NCBI GenBank assembly: GCA_030704615.1
Contig: CM060732.1
Span: 5,642,001 to 5,706,000, forward strand
Length of the DNA stretch: 64,000 bases
Direction of reading: 5' to 3'
Source: Takakia lepidozioides
Taxonomy: Eukaryota; Plantae; Bryophyta
Shown here in pieces: positions 1-12,312 of the stretch. Both the position numbers and the translations under genes were made by a program. Below the pieces are notes generated by a model, which did not search any database, had not been told where the DNA came from, and saw nothing but the letters and a program-made list of their open reading frames with translations. The stretch's first letter is position 1. The number at the start of each line of letters is the position of its first letter.

Positions 1-3000
1 CAAGAAGGAAAGGCTGGGGTATGTCATACTGTTACATGCCTTTTTTCTATCCTATTTGTGCGTGTGCAGTTCTGCTAAGCTTCTGTAACGAAAGTGTGAT
101 GTATAATTTACTCTGTGTTTTCACCAGCTTTGAAGTTATGGCATTCAGTCAGAGCTGTTACAAGATGCTTGCAATTTAAGAAAGGAGATTCTATTCTCTC
201 TTTATCTGCTCCTTCTGCAGATTGTTATCAGGCAAAGCGCCCTGCTGTTGACTGTGAGTTCTTAAGTAATGGTTTGGATGGAATATGTTTGACAGCTGCT
301 GAAGCCAGCATTCACAGTCCTGGTGGACCACGAGTCCCATTGCATCTTGCTCCTTGTTCGGGGAACACATAGTGTGAGGGACACTTTGACAGCGGTCACA
401 GGTGCTATCGTGCCATTCCATCACACCGTTCTTGGCGATGCTGGTGTGAATAGCTTGGTTCTTGGCTATGCACACTGTGGCATGGTGGCAGCTGCACGGT
501 GGATTGCGCAGCTTTCTACCTCCCATATATTGCAAGCCCTCAAGGAGTACCCTATGTACAGTGTGAAGGTGAGTTCTGTTTCCTGTCTACCTCCTGATTG
601 TGTGCACAAATGACTTACATTCCTAAGTTGGGACTTCTATGGTTTTCTGTGCATCTGTTAATGGTCATTGATATAAGCCTTGTGAGAGATCTCTGGCTGT
701 TAAGTATGTAATATGTTTGAACGTAAGCTGTTATGGTTGCAGGTTGTGGGTCACTCTCTTGGAGGTGGGACAGCTGCCTTGCTGACCTACATTCTCAGGG
801 AGCGGGAGGCTTTTTCCTCAACACATTGTGTCTGTTTTGCACCCGGTATGGAGTGTTTGCTAGCCTTTCTAATAGGTCGCCGCTCTGTTCCTCTCTTCCA
901 GTCATCCTGGGAAACAGATTGTATTTTGAAATTAGCATAAAAATTAGGCGTGCTGCAAGCAGGATTGCTGACTTGAAACTTTTCATGTGGTTGAATTAGA
1001 TGGCAGTTGAATTTCTTGGCTTTGAAGCTCAGGATATTGCGTGTGGCATGGCAGCGGCATGTATGACATGGGAGTTGGCAGAGTCAGGTCGGTCATTCGT
1101 GACCACAGTTATCAATGGATCTGATCTGGTGCCGTGTTTCTCTCCGGCTTCACTTGATGACCTCCGTGCAGAGGTTTGTTTGCGTTTCTCTTTCTTTGGG
1201 GATGATCGTATTGCTCGGGATATTTAATGTTGCAGAAGTTTTGGTCACTATGACGAACTTGAAGTTTTAATTTGGGGGTTTGTGTAGCCGACTAATTTGA
1301 CAGGGACTCCCGCATGAGTCCCTTCCCCTTAGGGAACTGTCAAGTGCTTTCTTTCTCTTGTTTATTTATGTGAAACCTAATGAACAAATGGGGTGGATCT
1401 TACATCTTGATGGTTTATGCAGGTGACGGCTTCTGCATGGGTCAAAGATTTCCAAGAGCAGATTGAGCGAACACGTATTCTTAGGACGGTTTACCGCTCA
1501 GCCACAGCCTTGGGCAGCCGTTTGCAATCCATAGCTAGCCTTTCACGTGCATCACTGCCTTACTCCTCCCTTATCGTATCCAGAGCTGCTCAAACTGGGG
1601 CAGCTGGTGCTGGTGCTATTTGGCGGCCTGTTTCTAGTGGGACCCAGGTACATTTTCTTCTACGCCTCAGTTTATGAGAAGAGATCAAAAGTTTTCTTTC
1701 CACGATCTCTCCTTCTGTGTGTGCTCCCAATGCTGCAGGTCTTGCTTTGCTTCTGTTGAAGCCCAGAGAGAGGGAGGGAACAAGGAATTCATCTTCCCTG
1801 GGGGAGATCTGGAAGCCATAGTTTCAGTAATCAGGGGCAAGCCTTGGGCACAGCGTGACTGTCAAACATCTGTATGTCCCCTCTCAAAGTCATACTGCAG
1901 AGCATGGCCTTCTGGGCATCTAGGGTGGGCAGGTGGCATGATATCATGTTTGAAGATCATGTAGCTGATATACCGTGTTTGTGTTTGTCTGCTAATCTTT
2001 TTGTTGATCGTATATAATTGAGTATACTATGTAATTGATATATAATGTTTCTTTTTTTTCTCAGAAGAGCGCGGGGAAGCGAAGGCCCTCCATGCTGACA
2101 CTGAGCCATTAACTAGCCAACCTCACCTCCCACTCTCTCTTTCTCAGGGTTATAAAGATTCTTGCTTCTTCGTTTCTGAGGGTCCAGTGCTGTGAACTGT
2201 GCAGATCGTGATGAGGCAGGCGCAGACAGCGGCACTAGCGGTGGTCCGCAGGCCTTCGCTGGCGGGCTGGTCCTGCATGGGTCCACGCCGCCGTGAAACC
2301 TGCCCCGAAGATCCTGAGCAGACAGCATCAGCCTCCCACCTTCCGGTAGATAAAGAGAAGGGTGACAAGTGCATAGTAGCAGATGAGACACAGATGCATG
2401 CTGCGATTGACGCAGACTGTTTGCCAACTTCGTACCTGAATTTTGATGGTGATGGGGAGGAACAGGCAAGGGCAGGTGAGTTAAGCTAGAGCTTTAGGCA
2501 AAGACCACTCAACCCAAGGTGTCACATTTAGTTTTTGACCGAAATTTGGATCCTGTACATGTGGGATGGAATTTGAGGCCTGCCATATCAAACATTAAAG
2601 ACTAATGCTAAGGAACATGTTTATGATTTTTATCTGCTGACAGTAACTGTTTCATGTCCACCCTGCATTTATTGTCTACATATTGACCTCTATCAGAAGC
2701 AATTTTCTTGCTTGAAGGAGGCCTAGGTTGAGGCTTCAATTGGTCTCTCCCCCTCATCTTTGAGCAAATTGTGGAGTCTTTTGATGTCGGTTTGCTTGTA
2801 GTTCTACTTTCGCATGGGCTATCTGTAGTTGCAAAGTTAGTTTCTTTCTTCTCTCTCTGTTCCAAAAACTCTCTGCTTTTTCTGATATGTGCTCATCACA
2901 TAAGCTTTTTGTGCGTCCTGTGGATTGCAACTCTGTTACTATTGACAGTTTCCTACTAAAATAGGAGTTTGGTTCATCAATGGGCTATGATCTTAACACA

Positions 3001-4121
3001 AAGATATAAGACTATTGTGTTGTGAAGGATTTGACCTCCCCAACAGCTATCCTCCACTTGCAGATACCCCAGGTGGTAGCCCCGAGTGTAAGCCGAACCC
3101 CACATGCTAATCACCACACTTATTTTCAAGTGTGTTATGGTCTACATAAAGTGACCGTCCAGATTCTGACCAATCCTTTGGTAGACTAATAGTGTACCAT
3201 GTGTGATCGAACTTCAGGAAATTATTGGCAGAGATTTAAGGAGACCAGACATGCATTGAGTTGTCAAAGTGATGAGGCAGTGCAAGACTTGCCATCACTT
3301 ATAACCAAAGGGAGGGTACCCGATGATGGGTATAGGGAGCTCCAGTCACAGGACGAACAAGTGGATGAAGAGGAGGGACCAATGGGTCCATCAGGGATTG
3401 GGGAGGAATATTTGTGGCAGCAGCTGGCAGAGGAACTGCAGCGGCAGCAGGATGAAGGTCAAAGCCAGCTGGTGCGTGAGGAAGAGGAGGCAGCAGCACG
3501 TGAAATCATACAGGAGGAGGAACACGTGGCATCCAAGGCAGCCTCTGAACTGGGACAGGTAAGATCTATCAATTTAGACCACAAATTGTCAGGTTCACAG
3601 AAGAGAGGTGCAAACAATGGTGTAATGAGTTCCGTTGCTCAGGAAAATCCCGGTTCATATATACAAAATGGATGCACCACCTAATTTCCAAAGGGGATGA
3701 ATCCCATTGAAAGTTTCAAAGTGTTTGTTGCTGGAATACTTAGTGCGTCATGGCATGTCACTTTTTGTTGCAGGACCACATTGTGTCAGAGGAGCAGGGA
3801 CCAGTGCATGACCTGCGGCGCTTTTTCCCACCAGGTCGTCTCATGCATATCGTCAGTCCCCTGCCTGACGAAGAGGGAAACCTTGGAACAGAGAGTGAAG
3901 GGAAACCCCACAGAGTACGGCTGTTTTCGACCGAGCGAAGCCTATATGGAAAGGTCCGGTTGTCGCGCACCATGGTACATGACCATTTCATGCCGACATA
4001 CAAACAAATGATGGAGAGTGTGATTGAAGTACTTGAGACGGAAATCTGTGACAGTAATGTAGAGGACACTCCCCAACAGCAAGTTGATGAGCAGACACAA
4101 GTGATGGAGAAAGCCATGTAA
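1..4121 (+). CDS. Class-3 lipase (mono-/diacylglycerol lipase family), spliced, 5' end outside window
   Basis: GT-AG exons approx 1-18, 296-568, 743-845, 1055-1173, 1423-1647, 2205-2475, 3218-3558, 3774-4121; LLKPAF..VRGTHS..YAHCGM, nucleophile motif VVGHSLGGG, C-terminal FFPPGRLMH..MVHDHFMP. Confidence 0.92.
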
Positions 4122-4359
4122 CACGGAATATAACTTTTGGGTCATCATTTTTAAGGGGATACAATTATTGAGGGTTGCAGATTGCTTCATTTTGTACATT
4201 CTGAAGCACAGGTTGGACATTGATTATCCTTTTCTCCAGGTATTTGTAGGAGACTGCAATATTCTTACAGCACCTCATTTTGGGACCGATCATTGTAACA
4301 AGTGCAAGCATTTACAGTCAAACATTAAATGAAATGATATCGTTTCCAAAAGACATAGT

Positions 4360-5230
4360 ATGACTGTCAAATCTCTTCAGGAAGTAGGCTGCCCAGAGAA
4401 ATGGAGCAAAACGATGGTCTGCCTGGGATTACCTTGGAGTCAGCCAGATTGGACATTTGTGGGCCAATGGGGACTTGGAATCCGCTCGATTCTGTCTGTG
4501 CAGTGGTACGGAAGAATAGAGCCATCAAAGGATACGACAAAATCAAACAATCCATTTCCCCCCTTTGGCTTGCCAGCCTGCAGTCAGGTCCGCAGTTGCC
4601 CCAGCGCAATTTCTGGGCTCTATCTATCTTTCATGGAAGCCTATCGATATTCTTTGTGCAAGGAACCACTGAACTGCATCACTCTCTTTCCATTCTCCAT
4701 AGATCCAGCAACAATGTCGCTGCAGCTCCTCACAGAACAAGTATTGAACATCCCTTTGACCCCACTGACTCCGGTTAGGGTCTGCGGATGGACTTGTTTA
4801 CTGTGGCTCTGTAAATTTGGCAGGTGAAACCAGAGACTCACTCGCATTCACTCTGGCCTCCAAAGAAATGAACCCCATACCGCCACCATTGGACTCTCTC
4901 CCTGTTTGGTTGAAGACGAATAGATTCTTCTGGGTCTTGGGGTAGACCTCTGGCTGAACTCCCCCTGGACCTTGACGAATGGACTTGGAGGCCCACACCC
5001 CTTCTTCACTTACACAACCAAGAAGGGTTACAAAGCCCTCCTAAATGCCCAGCCATTGCAGTCAAAATGGGATTCAAGATGGCAACACCATGGATTCCTA
5101 AATGAAAAAATGGTCAATCATTTGGGGATCAGTCTGGATCAAGACTCGCCCGGCCAAGGTGGCGGCCTTCCTGGCAAATTGTCAACAGAGTGCTCAAAGT
5201 AGGAGAATGGCTTCAATTCCAATCTTCCCT
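4360..5230 (+). mobile_element. Degenerate L1-like LINE ORF2 C-terminal remnant (zf-RVT region)
   Basis: Across frameshifts at ~5000-5210: FFTYTTKKGYKALL..W..KWSIIWGS..RPAKVAAFL/WQIVNRVLKVGEW, matching the zf-RVT pattern; left limit uncertain. Confidence 0.6.
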
Positions 5231-5241
5231 TCTCTGTGAGT

Positions 5242-5564
5242 GCTGCCCATCAGCTCTTTAACAACACAGATTACGAGCACTTGACAAGGAATGGAGAGGT
5301 ATGTTACAGAGGGAACTGGAGAAGTCACCAGCGTTTTACCAGACCATACTCCTTGCCTGTTGTGAACCGAACGGTAGAGCACTAGATCTCACAGCAGGGA
5401 CAGGAAACTCGATGACTGCCGCAGTAATGAGTGGACGGCACTTGCTTGCTTTACCAAATGACCCAGCCCTCATGGATGCGAGGCTCATGGGACTACAGAA
5501 AGAGGCAGCGATGCAATTGGAAGGAACCTTTGGAGGTGCAGGTGTCACTATGTTTGATCTCTAG
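5242..5564 (+). pseudogene. C-terminal fragment of an N4-cytosine/N6-adenine (beta-class-like) DNA methyltransferase
   Basis: EKSPAFYQTILLACCEPNGRALDLTAGTGNSMTAAVMSGRHLLALPND resembles KP..L..LI..VLDPFxGSGT..AA..GR..IGxE; one frameshift near 5300; catalytic motif IV not present. Confidence 0.6.
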
Positions 5565-5632
5565 TCGCTCACTTGCTCTGGATTGACTTTTAATCTTGGG
5601 AAATTTCTCTCGATGCAAGTTTCTGTACTAAC

Positions 5633-6465
5633 CAGTGTTGGGCGGGTATTACTTTTTCTAATACCAGCCGGGTCCGGGTATTGAAAAGAAATTAATTTGC
5701 AATACCAGCCGGTTCCATAGTATTGAAAGATTCCCTTAATTTTAATACCTGCCGGTTCTCAATAGTAGTATGATTTTCGATTTGCGGACGGGTATCAATA
5801 GGATGGGTATTCCAATCTAATACAAGCCGGTTATCAACCCGGGTTTAAATAAAAATAAATAAAAATAAAAATAACCACTAAATCATTAATATGTATTGAA
5901 TTTAGAATATTTCAGTTGATTTCACAAAGAAATTAATTATTATGTTGCAAGATTCAGTCTTTGCATTACATAGTAACAACGTTGCAGATTTTAGTATCCA
6001 AATTGAAGCAAGCTTAGTTAAAAGAAGACTGATTGCAACCACAAAAGACACCCTACATGTGCTAAAAATAAATAAAAATAGGGGCGGGCCCGCCCTACAT
6101 GTGCTAAGAAATGAAGCACATTGAGGGGCCTTGGGGCTGGACATACCCTCCCTGACATGTGCACCCTCTGACATGTGCACCCTCTTACCCTGACATGTGC
6201 ACCCTCTTACCCTGACCCCTGACATACGTGCACCCAGCCAATTTCCTATTCATACCATGGTATAGTCCTTGTTTTTGCCCTTAATACGGGTATGCACCCG
6301 GGTATTGCCTTGGCAATACCAGCCGGTCCGGTTATCAACCATAGTATTGGAATTGCCAATACCAGCCGGGTCGGTTATTAACCATAGTATTACAAAAGCC
6401 GCCGGATCGGTTATTCAATACCATGGTTGATACTTGGCCAGACCCTATATACCAGTCCAACATTG
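5633..6465. mobile_element. Non-autonomous hAT element (MITE), ~830 bp
   Basis: Imperfect TIRs CAGTGTTGGGCGGGTAT / rc CAATGTTGGACTGGTAT; 8-bp TSD GTACTAAC (5625-5632) / GTATTAAC (6466-6473); repeated subterminal TACCAGCCGG motifs at both ends. Confidence 0.88.
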
Positions 6466-6479
6466 GTATTAACAACATT

Positions 6480-7925
6480 TGCAAAATGGAGCCAAGAGAG
6501 GAAGAGTGGATAATCTAGTCACTACATTTTTTGAGCTTAGGTGGTGTAGTTCAAGTGTCCCAGACGCATGTGCCACAAGACCATATCTTTATGTCTTTAT
6601 AGTATGTTAGTTTGCAATCCTGGCTTGTGCAGATATAATCTATATAATCCAGAGAGTTGGTCACGTAGACCCTTCGCAACTAGCTTTGGAGTCTTGGCCC
6701 TCTCAAGTACTAGGCATCTCCAAGCATCGAAGATGACAATCAGACCTTCATCAACAAGGGCTCCAATTGACAACAAATTCTTGTTTACACCAGGTACGTA
6801 CAAAGCATTTTTGATAGCTTTTATTTCTCCATTAAGGAACGAAACTTTGAGTTCTCCATTCCCTTCTACAGGAAGAGACTGGCCGCTTGCCATCTTGACT
6901 GAACACAATGCTACAAGTTTCTTGACATTCTCTAAATTCTCCAGCTGTCCTGTAACATGTGCATTAGCACTGGAGTCGAGAATCCAAGATTCATCTTCAG
7001 TCTCTAATGCCATAGCTGCAAGAGCAGCTTGAAACTCCATGGTGGTATCATCGTCAAGTCATCTCCGTCATCTTCTTCATTGCTTTCCGCGAGCACGTTG
7101 ATCTGCTTCTCAGCTTTGTCGTGGGGGGGACATTCCTTTGCCCAATGACCCCATTTGCCGCATTTCCAAAGAAACCAGGTTTGGTAGAAGATTCGGCACG
7201 CCCACCAGTGTTGTTGGATCTGCCATCATAAAACTGTCGTCGTCGATGAGGGTAGCGCTCTTTGTTTCAGCTGAACTTCAGCACCTTTTTGAAGCGCATG
7301 ATTAAGGCTTCATCCTCATGATAATGATTCCTATTTTCGTTGGGGGTCTCTTCTAGATGAAGTCTGCCTGCTATCTCATCCAGGGACGGTAGCGCCTTCT
7401 CACGAGAGATTGCTCGGACAAAGATGTCAAAGCTCGGTGGGAGAGCATTTATAACTTGCTCCACAATTATCTCATCCGTTGGTCGCTCTCCAAACTCAAT
7501 GAGCCGGTTCAATGTGTCTTGAACTAACCGCATGAAGTCAGTGACACTAGAACCTTCTTTCATCCGAAGCGTGGAGAATGCGCTATGGACTGCTAGTCTC
7601 TTCACGTTGTCTCTAACCTTGAACTGTTTGCGAAGCGTTTCCCAGAATTCATGCGGTGTCTTGCTGTTCAGAATGAACGGGATAATTTGATCCTTCACAG
7701 ATAGCTTGATGATGGATAAGGCCTTGCGGTTTTGCTTTCTGAGTATGACATTGTCCACTGAGCTTGGTTGGGAGGCGGTGTTGGAGGTGGCACTTGTAGC
7801 AGTAGTGCTAGTCGTTGAGCTGGAGACAGTGGGGACCAGCTCTGGCTCGACCAGTTTGGGCATAAATCCTCACGTATACTCTGGATTCTAAATTTCCAGG
7901 TGACATAGTTTGAGGCTCCTTCTAA
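6480..7925 (-). mobile_element. Ty1/copia retrotransposon fragment (gag, zinc knuckle, protease, GAG-pre-integrase)
   Basis: LEGASNYVTWKFRI N-terminus, UBN2-like gag ORF 7267-7863, degenerate CCHC KCGKWGHWAKEC (~7130-7170), protease WILDSSANAHVT, LWHMRLGHLNY at ~6550-6580; no LTRs, integrase or RT. Confidence 0.88.
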
Positions 7926-8364
7926 TTTGTGGAGACCGGTGGTGCCGTCGCTCGGTGGGGGTCGGGAAGCGGCCAGGGTAACCGTGGGCGACGGCTTCGT
8001 CGATCGCCTCTACGGCGGGGCGATCGCTGGGGCGGTCGCCCGGGGTTAGAATGAGAGTGCCGGGTTACCGACGGTAGCAGCAGCCGCATGAGCTGGCCCG
8101 TGGGCCCCACTTCATGCAAAGTGGCAATTGGATATGCGGGGCAATAAAATACTCATGTGTGGCATGAGATATACATAGGCATTTGAAATCATGGATCTGA
8201 TAATATGACATGATATGTGTGGCATGACCATGTAATGAATATGAATGCCTCCTGGAAATGGACAGTAGGTTGGGAACAAGCAGGTTAATAACAAGTGGGA
8301 TGTTGGGAACAACTAGTTGTTAACAAGTGGGTTGTTTGGAACAAGTGGTTGTTAACAAGTATGA

Positions 8365-8870
8365 AAGCATATTTGGAAGATGCTTTGGTTTGAAGCATCT
8401 TTTGGCACATCGCGTTGATGTATTGAAGGGTGTAGATGTTGTCAAATGGTATACACTTAGTGAATACTTTTTTACCACATCTACACCCATAACAACTCGT
8501 TGTGAAGAACATCGTGTTGATGTTGTTATGGGTGTGACAGGGACAGCGACGGGGCGGAACAGGGACAGGGTTTGTGGTAAAAAAGTATTCCATAAAAGCA
8601 TATTTGGAAGATGCTTTCAAGAGAAGCATATTTAGGAAGATGCTTTGGTGGTTTGAAGCATCTTTTGGCACATCACGTTGATGTAGAAGGGTGTAGATGT
8701 GGTCAAATGGTACACACTTAGTGAATACTTTTCTACACCCATAACAACTCGTTGTGAAGAACATCGCGTTGATGTTGTTATGGGTGTGACAGGGTTTGTT
8801 ACGGGTGTGACAGGGACAGCGAGGGGGCGGAACAGGGACAGGGTTTGTGGTAAAAAAGTATTCCATACAG
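8365..8870. repeat. Tandem duplication of a ~230-270 bp unit, probably a DNA-transposon subterminal region
   Basis: Two near-identical units from AAAGCATATTTGGAAGATGCTTT to GGTAAAAAAGTATTCCATA; preceded by short AACAAGTGG repeats and a GC-rich block at 7930-8110. Confidence 0.75.
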
Positions 8871-9192
8871 TAGATAGAGCAAGTTCATGCTGGGAGTCAC
8901 CGCCGAATTACTTAAAATCTCCTCGTGGCATTGCCGTAAAGTTTAGAAATTTCCTTAAGTTATGCCGGAGTGTTTTGTTGTAAAGAAAATAAATATTCGG
9001 CACTTCACTGCCGGATCAGCCTTCCGACTACGGTACGAGGGCAAAGTTGCTTTTAAACACATCGGATTAGGGACTAAATTCAGACTCAAGAGGTTTTGGA
9101 TTCGATAATAATATCTACAGCATGAAATCATTGCGTTGTAGGCACGTGTTAAGTCCATATACCCTAGTTGGTAGAACCGACAAGGCTACAAC

Positions 9193-9840
9193 CTCCATCT
9201 TCACAGAAGCAAGTGGGAGCACCAGAAATAAGGTCTACTCCTGTCCTTGGCCTCTGTGTGCTCTGCTACCTGGACTTTGTGAACTCGTATGATCTTATAT
9301 GAACTCATATGATCCTGAAACCCCGTCCTCCTACTAAGTTATACCCGACCCACACTCCCACTCGTGGAGAGGTTGGCCTTGCCTACCTCGCATAGATTCT
9401 GAAAAGGAGAGGAAGAAAGATAAGTTTGTGTCAAGGGAGTTCAATGGAATGACTTTAAGAGAGGGGGCCACCAGGGTATGAAAACTGAGGCCATACTTGC
9501 CATAGTGCATGAGCATGCCGGGCTGTGTATTGCACTAAAAGACTGTGTGCCTAGAGGAAGATGTGTGAAACATAGACATTATGGAGGGAAGAGAGGGGAG
9601 GAACTTCAATTTCAAGTTGACACCTTTTGCCACTGTTGAACTGAAGAGTGCAGAATTTGTTGTCAGAGTGAGGCCTTCAACTTAACCAAGGCTGATCTGG
9701 ACGACTACTTTGACCATCTTCCTGGCCTGGGCTCGAATGGAGAATCTTCACAGGTAACACACACTGCCATCTGCTCCATGGCAACTGCTATGATGGTTGT
9801 AGTCGGTCACCTCTGAAATCTATCATATACAGTGGCTCAG
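9193..9840 (+). pseudogene. Inverted, internally deleted partial duplicate of the neighbouring NAGLU gene
   Basis: 9198-9280 matches rc of ~23070-23155 (exon 2 and intron); 9400-9442 matches rc of 22031-22073 (intron); 9470-9840 matches rc of ~20490-20860 including exon [24 protein letters not shown] with a small deletion. Confidence 0.88.
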
Positions 9841-10839
9841 CAACAAGCCTGTGTTGCTACAGAAAATGCACACCAATTTTGCACACGCAGCTGGGGCCAA
9901 TGCTGGATCTGCATTGCACAAATTGAAAGCGTTGCCTCCTTCAAGGTTATAAGTTGTAAGGCCACCAGCTTATTAGGAGACCCGAATGAAGAGAAGACAT
10001 GAGAGATACATCAAGCGCAGATGACAGAAGTAACAACTTATTCTTCACCATCCAATGATACCATTGCAGGAGATCTTGACCTAGAGTTACACATTTTGGA
10101 TAATATTAAGGCTATCTCGTGATGGTAGAGATCTCGAAGCCGTACACATTACAGTTAGGGTGGAAGCCAACATGGTCTGGCAGATCTAGGGCTAGAGTAC
10201 CTGATCGTGGCTCTGGCCATGGGGGAATCCCTAACCAGGGATCACTCTCGAGGGATTTTGCGCGGGGTTCAGGGTCTGAAGAAACTGTACAAGTGAAGAA
10301 GTACAGCAAATAAATTAGTGCAAGAAGGATATCTCCAACAGAGATAAACAATCAAGAGTCAGATGCAGAACCGTGCAAGTAATCTGGCTGGAGTTTAAAC
10401 ACACCCTTTAAAAACTCACACATGAGGACAAGAAACTATGTTTGCTCAACGAGGTATGATATGATCTCATAGAGATTGTTAAACAATCACTCAAGTATGA
10501 TTTGCGAGAAGTGGGCTGTTGTTGAGGCACTGCCATCTTGTGATAGAGATGGGCTTAAACATGGATTCTCAAACAAACTAGTGAGGAATGTTTGGTTCAG
10601 ATGCTTGGTTTGTCCGGTTTAGGGGCGATTGCAGTGAAGGAGAAGCAGTACCATATGTTAGACTAGGCCATCCCTGCATTTCCTGCGCGTTATATCAGAC
10701 CTGGCTGTGCAGACAGCACAATTGGAAAAATCAATGTATTGCCTGGAATTGGGCAGTAAAAAATGTTGGGCCGCTAATGAAATTTGGCCCTACCAAATCA
10801 ACCAGCAAGTCTGAGGACTGGTGAACTCTGTTCCTGCCC

Positions 10840-12312
10840 CTACTCAAAAACTCTCTCTCCTGTTGCGAAAACACAGAACAAGACTGCACTAAGCACAGAC
10901 AGCAAGGCAGGGGTGGCAAACACCATGTTCCAACTGCTGGGATCGGAGGGGCCCAATTGAGAAGCCTCCAGAATGCGGCCTGTTGCAGCCACCCCCACGA
11001 TGCCTGCCAGTGTGCCTGCTGTGTTCGAAACACCCATCACTATGCCAGCATAGCGTGGTGCAATGTCCATGTGGTTCACAGCAAAGCCTGCCCTTGATAG
11101 GGCACATGACCCCAGTGCCACTGAGGAGCAAATCACAGCATTAGCTGTGGAGCGCAGGCTGGGCATTATCATGAGGGCCACCGCCGCAGCTGCAAAACCA
11201 AGGGTATTGAGGAGTTTGCGGGTATAGGTCACTGAGAAGATTTTCTTTGTGACAAGATGATCGGCAACCACTCCACCCACATTGGAGAAAATGAACATAA
11301 CAAGGTAGGGCAGCATTTTCGAAAAGCCCATGTTGTGCAGACTCACATTCAAGCCCTTTTCAAAGTAAGTGGGCAGCCAATTCATCAACACATAAAGCGC
11401 ATAGTGAAACGTGAAATTGTTAACTACGATTGCCCACACCGGCAAACTCAACATGATCTGCTTCCATGGAATGCCACCCCCTCGGAACTTATCAGGCACC
11501 TTCTTCTTCCCCGCGTCTCTCAAAACGTCCTCCCCACTCTCTTCTACTGTTTGTGCAGGGTGCAGGAGCTTAACCCGCTCAAAGGCTGTAGATGCTCCAA
11601 AACCTGGAGCAGACGCCTTGGATTGCTCGGAATGCAGCGAATCAAAGGCCGCAGGTGCCCCAAATCCCGCAGCTGATGCCTTAGATAGCTCCGCACGTGG
11701 CGGGTCTGTTGCATACTTGAGCCATAGTAGTGCCCATGCAGCACCCATGCACGCTTCTGCACGAAAGACTGCACGAGGCCCTCTCTTGGCCACCAAGCTA
11801 GGAAGAAATAGCATGCCAGCCGCAGCGCCAAAATACATACCTGAGGTGGTCAGAGACACTGACCGCGATCTCTCATGCGGGGGCACCCATTGTGCCAGCA
11901 CAGTGTGGATGGAGGGAAATATGAAGCCCTGCGCCACCCCTACTAGCAGCCGTGCTATCACCATCCCCCCCACCGATGAAGCCTCGGTTGGGGTTAGGGC
12001 TGAAGTCAGTGACCACAACACAAAGGACATGAGCAGCACGGGTCGCCCTCCAAAGCGCTGCGCAGCCCAGCCCCCGGGAACCTGTGAGAGAGCATAGCCG
12101 TAGAAGAAGGTGGACAGAATGTGGCCCTTCGTGGCCTCCCCAACTCCCGCATCGTTGGCAGCTGCCGTGTATGCAACAGAGAAGCCGACGCGCTCAATGT
12201 AGCATACACATGTGCATACAAAGGTTAAGAGAACTGTAACATACCGCTGTGGCATTCTCACCTTCGCCCCTCCCAATGCGCTTCCTGGGACCCCCAATGT
12301 GTGCACCGCCAT
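10840..12312 (-). CDS. PHT4;6: MFS anion/phosphate transporter, PHT4;6 (ANTR5)-like, intronless
   Basis: 490-aa ORF; PQRYVTVLLTFVCTCVCYIERVGFSVAYT, NHMDIAPRYAGIVMGVSNTAGTLAG, FATGERVFE are characteristic of plant PHT4;6. Confidence 0.9.
   Translation of the reverse strand: MAVHTLGVPGSALGGAKVRMPQRYVTVLLTFVCTCVCYIERVGFSVAYTAAANDAGVGEATKGHILSTFFYGYALSQVPGGWAAQRFGGRPVLLMSFVLWSLTSALTPTEASSVGGMVIARLLVGVAQGFIFPSIHTVLAQWVPPHERSRSVSLTTSGMYFGAAAGMLFLPSLVAKRGPRAVFRAEACMGAAWALLWLKYATDPPRAELSKASAAGFGAPAAFDSLHSEQSKASAPGFGASTAFERVKLLHPAQTVEESGEDVLRDAGKKKVPDKFRGGGIPWKQIMLSLPVWAIVVNNFTFHYALYVLMNWLPTYFEKGLNVSLHNMGFSKMLPYLVMFIFSNVGGVVADHLVTKKIFSVTYTRKLLNTLGFAAAAVALMIMPSLRSTANAVICSSVALGSCALSRAGFAVNHMDIAPRYAGIVMGVSNTAGTLAGIVGVAATGRILEASQLGPSDPSSWNMVFATPALLSVLSAVLFCVFATGERVFE

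Noticed and set aside
5902-8866. Short ORFs in the MITE and tandem repeat
   Set aside because: Products of repeat periodicity with no protein motifs.
11411-12097. 228-aa antisense ORF
   Set aside because: Shadow of the GC-rich PHT4;6 CDS.
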